Source of the DNA: a virus
Taxonomy: Duplodnaviria; Caudoviricetes
DNA length: 27,742 bases
Virus record (IMG/VR): IMGVR_UViG_3300017818_000082
Location: 1-27,742 of that record
Strand: one strand, 5' to 3'
This document shows, one piece after another, positions 26,117-27,742 of the stretch. Below the pieces are notes generated by a model. It did no database searches and had not been told where the DNA came from. It saw only the letters and a program-made list of their open reading frames with translations. A program made the position numbers and the translations under genes. Position 1 is the first letter of the stretch; the number at the start of each line of letters is the position of its first letter.

Positions 26117-27742
26117 TTAGAATCAAAGATTTAACAGTTAAAAACTTTATGAGTGTGGGTAATCAAACTCAAGCGGTTGATTTCAATCGAGAGCAACTTA
26201 CACTCGTGCTTGGTGAAAACTTAGACCAAGGAGGTGACGACACCGGATCCAGAAACGGTACAGGCAAAACTACGATAATCAATGCATTATCTTACGCACT
26301 GTACGGCCAAGCACTGACTAACATTAAGAGGAATAATCTTATTAACAAGACAAATTCTAAAGGAATGTTAGTCACCCTACACTTTGAGAAGAACGGCGTT
26401 GACTATCGTATTGAGCGAGGAAGATCACCTAATGTTCTTAAATTTTATATCAACGATCAAGAACAAGAAATGATCGACGAAAGCCAAGGTGATAGTAGAA
26501 AAACACAAGAATCAATACACGACTTACTAGGCATGAGTCATGATATGTTTAAGCACATTGTTGCACTTAATACATATTCAGAGCCGTTCTTGTCAATGAG
26601 AGCAAATGATCAAAGAGCAATTATTGAACAACTTTTAGGTATTACAATACTAACTGAAAAAGCAGATTTGCTCAAAGAACAAACTAGGCAGACTAAAGAT
26701 TCAATCACACAAGAAACAATGAAGATTGAAGCAATACAAGCTGCAAACACAAAAATTGAATCTAGCATAGAAACTCTTGCAAGCAGACAACGTGCTTGGA
26801 TTGCTAAAAAAGAACAAGATTGTGTCAAAATAGAAAAAGCAATAAAAGAGCTTGAAGAAGTTGATATTGAAAAAGAACTAGATTCACACGAAAAATTACA
26901 AAATTGGAATGAATTAAACACAGCAATTACGGCTCTTAACAAAGAAAAAAGCACACTTGAGAGCGCACTATTACGTGCTACTAAGAGTGTTGAAAAGGCA
27001 GAAAAAGACATCGCAAATCTTGAAGATGCTACTTGTTATACTTGCGGACAAGCACTGCATGATGACAAAAAAGCAGAAATTGAGTTAAGAAAAACAAAAG
27101 AATTAAACGATGCAATAGCTTATCAGACAGAAGTTGCAGACAAGTTACAAGATGTACTTTTAGGCTTAGATGAAATAGGCGATATTAACGGACGTCCTAA
27201 TACATTTTACGAAACTGCTAAAGAAGCATATGAACACAGACAAAATGTAGACAGTTTAAAACAAGCTCTTAAAACAAAGCAAGATGAAGACGATCCTTAT
27301 GAACAACAGATTGCCGATTTAAAAACATCAGCACTACAAGAAATTGATTGGACTCCAGTAAATCAGCTTACTGATTATAAAGAGCATCAAGAATTTTTGT
27401 TAAAATTATTAACTAACAAAGATAGCTTTATTCGTAAAAAGATTATTGATCAAAATCTTGCGTATTTAAATAATCGCTTAACATACTATCTTGATAAACT
27501 AGGCTTACCTCATCAAGTATTGTTCCAAAACGATTTAAATGTCGAAATTACACAATTAGGACAAGATTTAGATTTTGATAACTTATCAAGAGGTGAACGC
27601 AATAGACTTATCTTAGGATTGAGCTTTGCATTCCGTGATGTTTGGGAAAGTTTGTATCAAGGTGTAAATCTATTGTTTATTGACGAACTTATCGACAGCG
27701 GCATGGACGCTGCTGGTGTAGAAGGCTCATTAGGTATTCTTA
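26113..27742 (+). CDS. gp46: Recombination ATPase subunit gp46 (Rad50/SbcC), >543 aa, 3' end beyond the window
   Basis: ATG 26113, MIRIKDLTVKNFMSVGN; Walker A ...RNGTGKTT (to 26274); coiled coil; zinc hook CYTC (27034-27045); signature LSRGE (27583-27597); Walker B LLFIDE (27670-27687) and D-loop SGMD. Missing from the track because no stop falls inside the window. Confidence 0.95.
   Translation, partial: MIRIKDLTVKNFMSVGNQTQAVDFNREQLTLVLGENLDQGGDDTGSRNGTGKTTIINALSYALYGQALTNIKRNNLINKTNSKGMLVTLHFEKNGVDYRIERGRSPNVLKFYINDQEQEMIDESQGDSRKTQESIHDLLGMSHDMFKHIVALNTYSEPFLSMRANDQRAIIEQLLGITILTEKADLLKEQTRQTKDSITQETMKIEAIQAANTKIESSIETLASRQRAWIAKKEQDCVKIEKAIKELEEVDIEKELDSHEKLQNWNELNTAITALNKEKSTLESALLRATKSVEKAEKDIANLEDATCYTCGQALHDDKKAEIELRKTKELNDAIAYQTEVADKLQDVLLGLDEIGDINGRPNTFYETAKEAYEHRQNVDSLKQALKTKQDEDDPYEQQIADLKTSALQEIDWTPVNQLTDYKEHQEFLLKLLTNKDSFIRKKIIDQNLAYLNNRLTYYLDKLGLPHQVLFQNDLNVEITQLGQDLDFDNLSRGERNRLILGLSFAFRDVWESLYQGVNLLFIDELIDSGMDAAGVEGSLGIL

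Larger units (their letters stand above)
1..27742. mobile_element. Segment of a large T4-related myophage (likely jumbo phage) genome: baseplate operon plus gp55-gp47-gp46 cluster
   Basis: Contiguous gp53/gp5/gp25/gp6-like baseplate genes, T4-type late sigma gp55 followed by gp47 and gp46 in T4 order, TAAATA late-promoter motifs, near-complete coding density, no cellular housekeeping genes. Confidence 0.93.

Noticed and set aside
12481-27011. Remaining small overlapping ORFs (e.g. 15193-15627, 17593-18021, 21495-21812, 24631-24837, 26610-27011)
   Set aside because: They lie antisense to, or out of frame within, well-supported genes and have no independent support.
1-27742. Stop-codon reassignment (alternative genetic code) as in some large phages
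   Set aside because: Genes are full length in code 11, and TAA, TAG and TGA all occur at sensible gene ends.
1-27742. CRISPR array, DGR template/variable repeats, introns/inteins, tRNAs
   Set aside because: No spaced direct repeats, long duplicated DNA, reverse transcriptase or intein motifs were noticed by eye, and the intergenic gaps (81 bp or less) are occupied by promoter signals. A self-dotplot and tRNAscan would be needed to exclude them formally.

Overview
AT-rich (roughly one-third GC by eye) segment of a large T4-related contractile-tailed dsDNA phage, probably a jumbo phage. Positions 1-24138 hold one tightly coupled minus-strand late baseplate operon. In transcription order it encodes a tail-tube initiator-like protein (gp48/54-like), gp53, a 1067-aa hub-like protein with a C-terminal M15 peptidase, a disordered 233-aa orphan, a gp5/VgrG-like spike with a C-terminal lysozyme-fold domain, gp25, gp6, and a giant >4143-aa gp7-like protein. 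The giant gene runs off the left edge and is absent from the ORF track. Divergent from this operon on the plus strand is the T4-type cluster gp55 (late sigma) - gp47 (Mre11/SbcD) - gp46 (Rad50/SbcC; runs off the right edge, also absent from the track). The 81-bp divergent gap contains a perfect sigma70 promoter interlocked with TAAATA late-promoter motifs. The most notable points are (i) a puncturing device apparently carrying two different peptidoglycan hydrolases as C-terminal cargo, resembling evolved T6SS VgrGs, and (ii) the giant wedge protein, with a 7-bladed FG-GAP-like propeller whose loops carry large inserted domains. All family assignments come from motif recognition and gene order; no searches were run. 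No RNA genes, CRISPR arrays or IS elements were seen.
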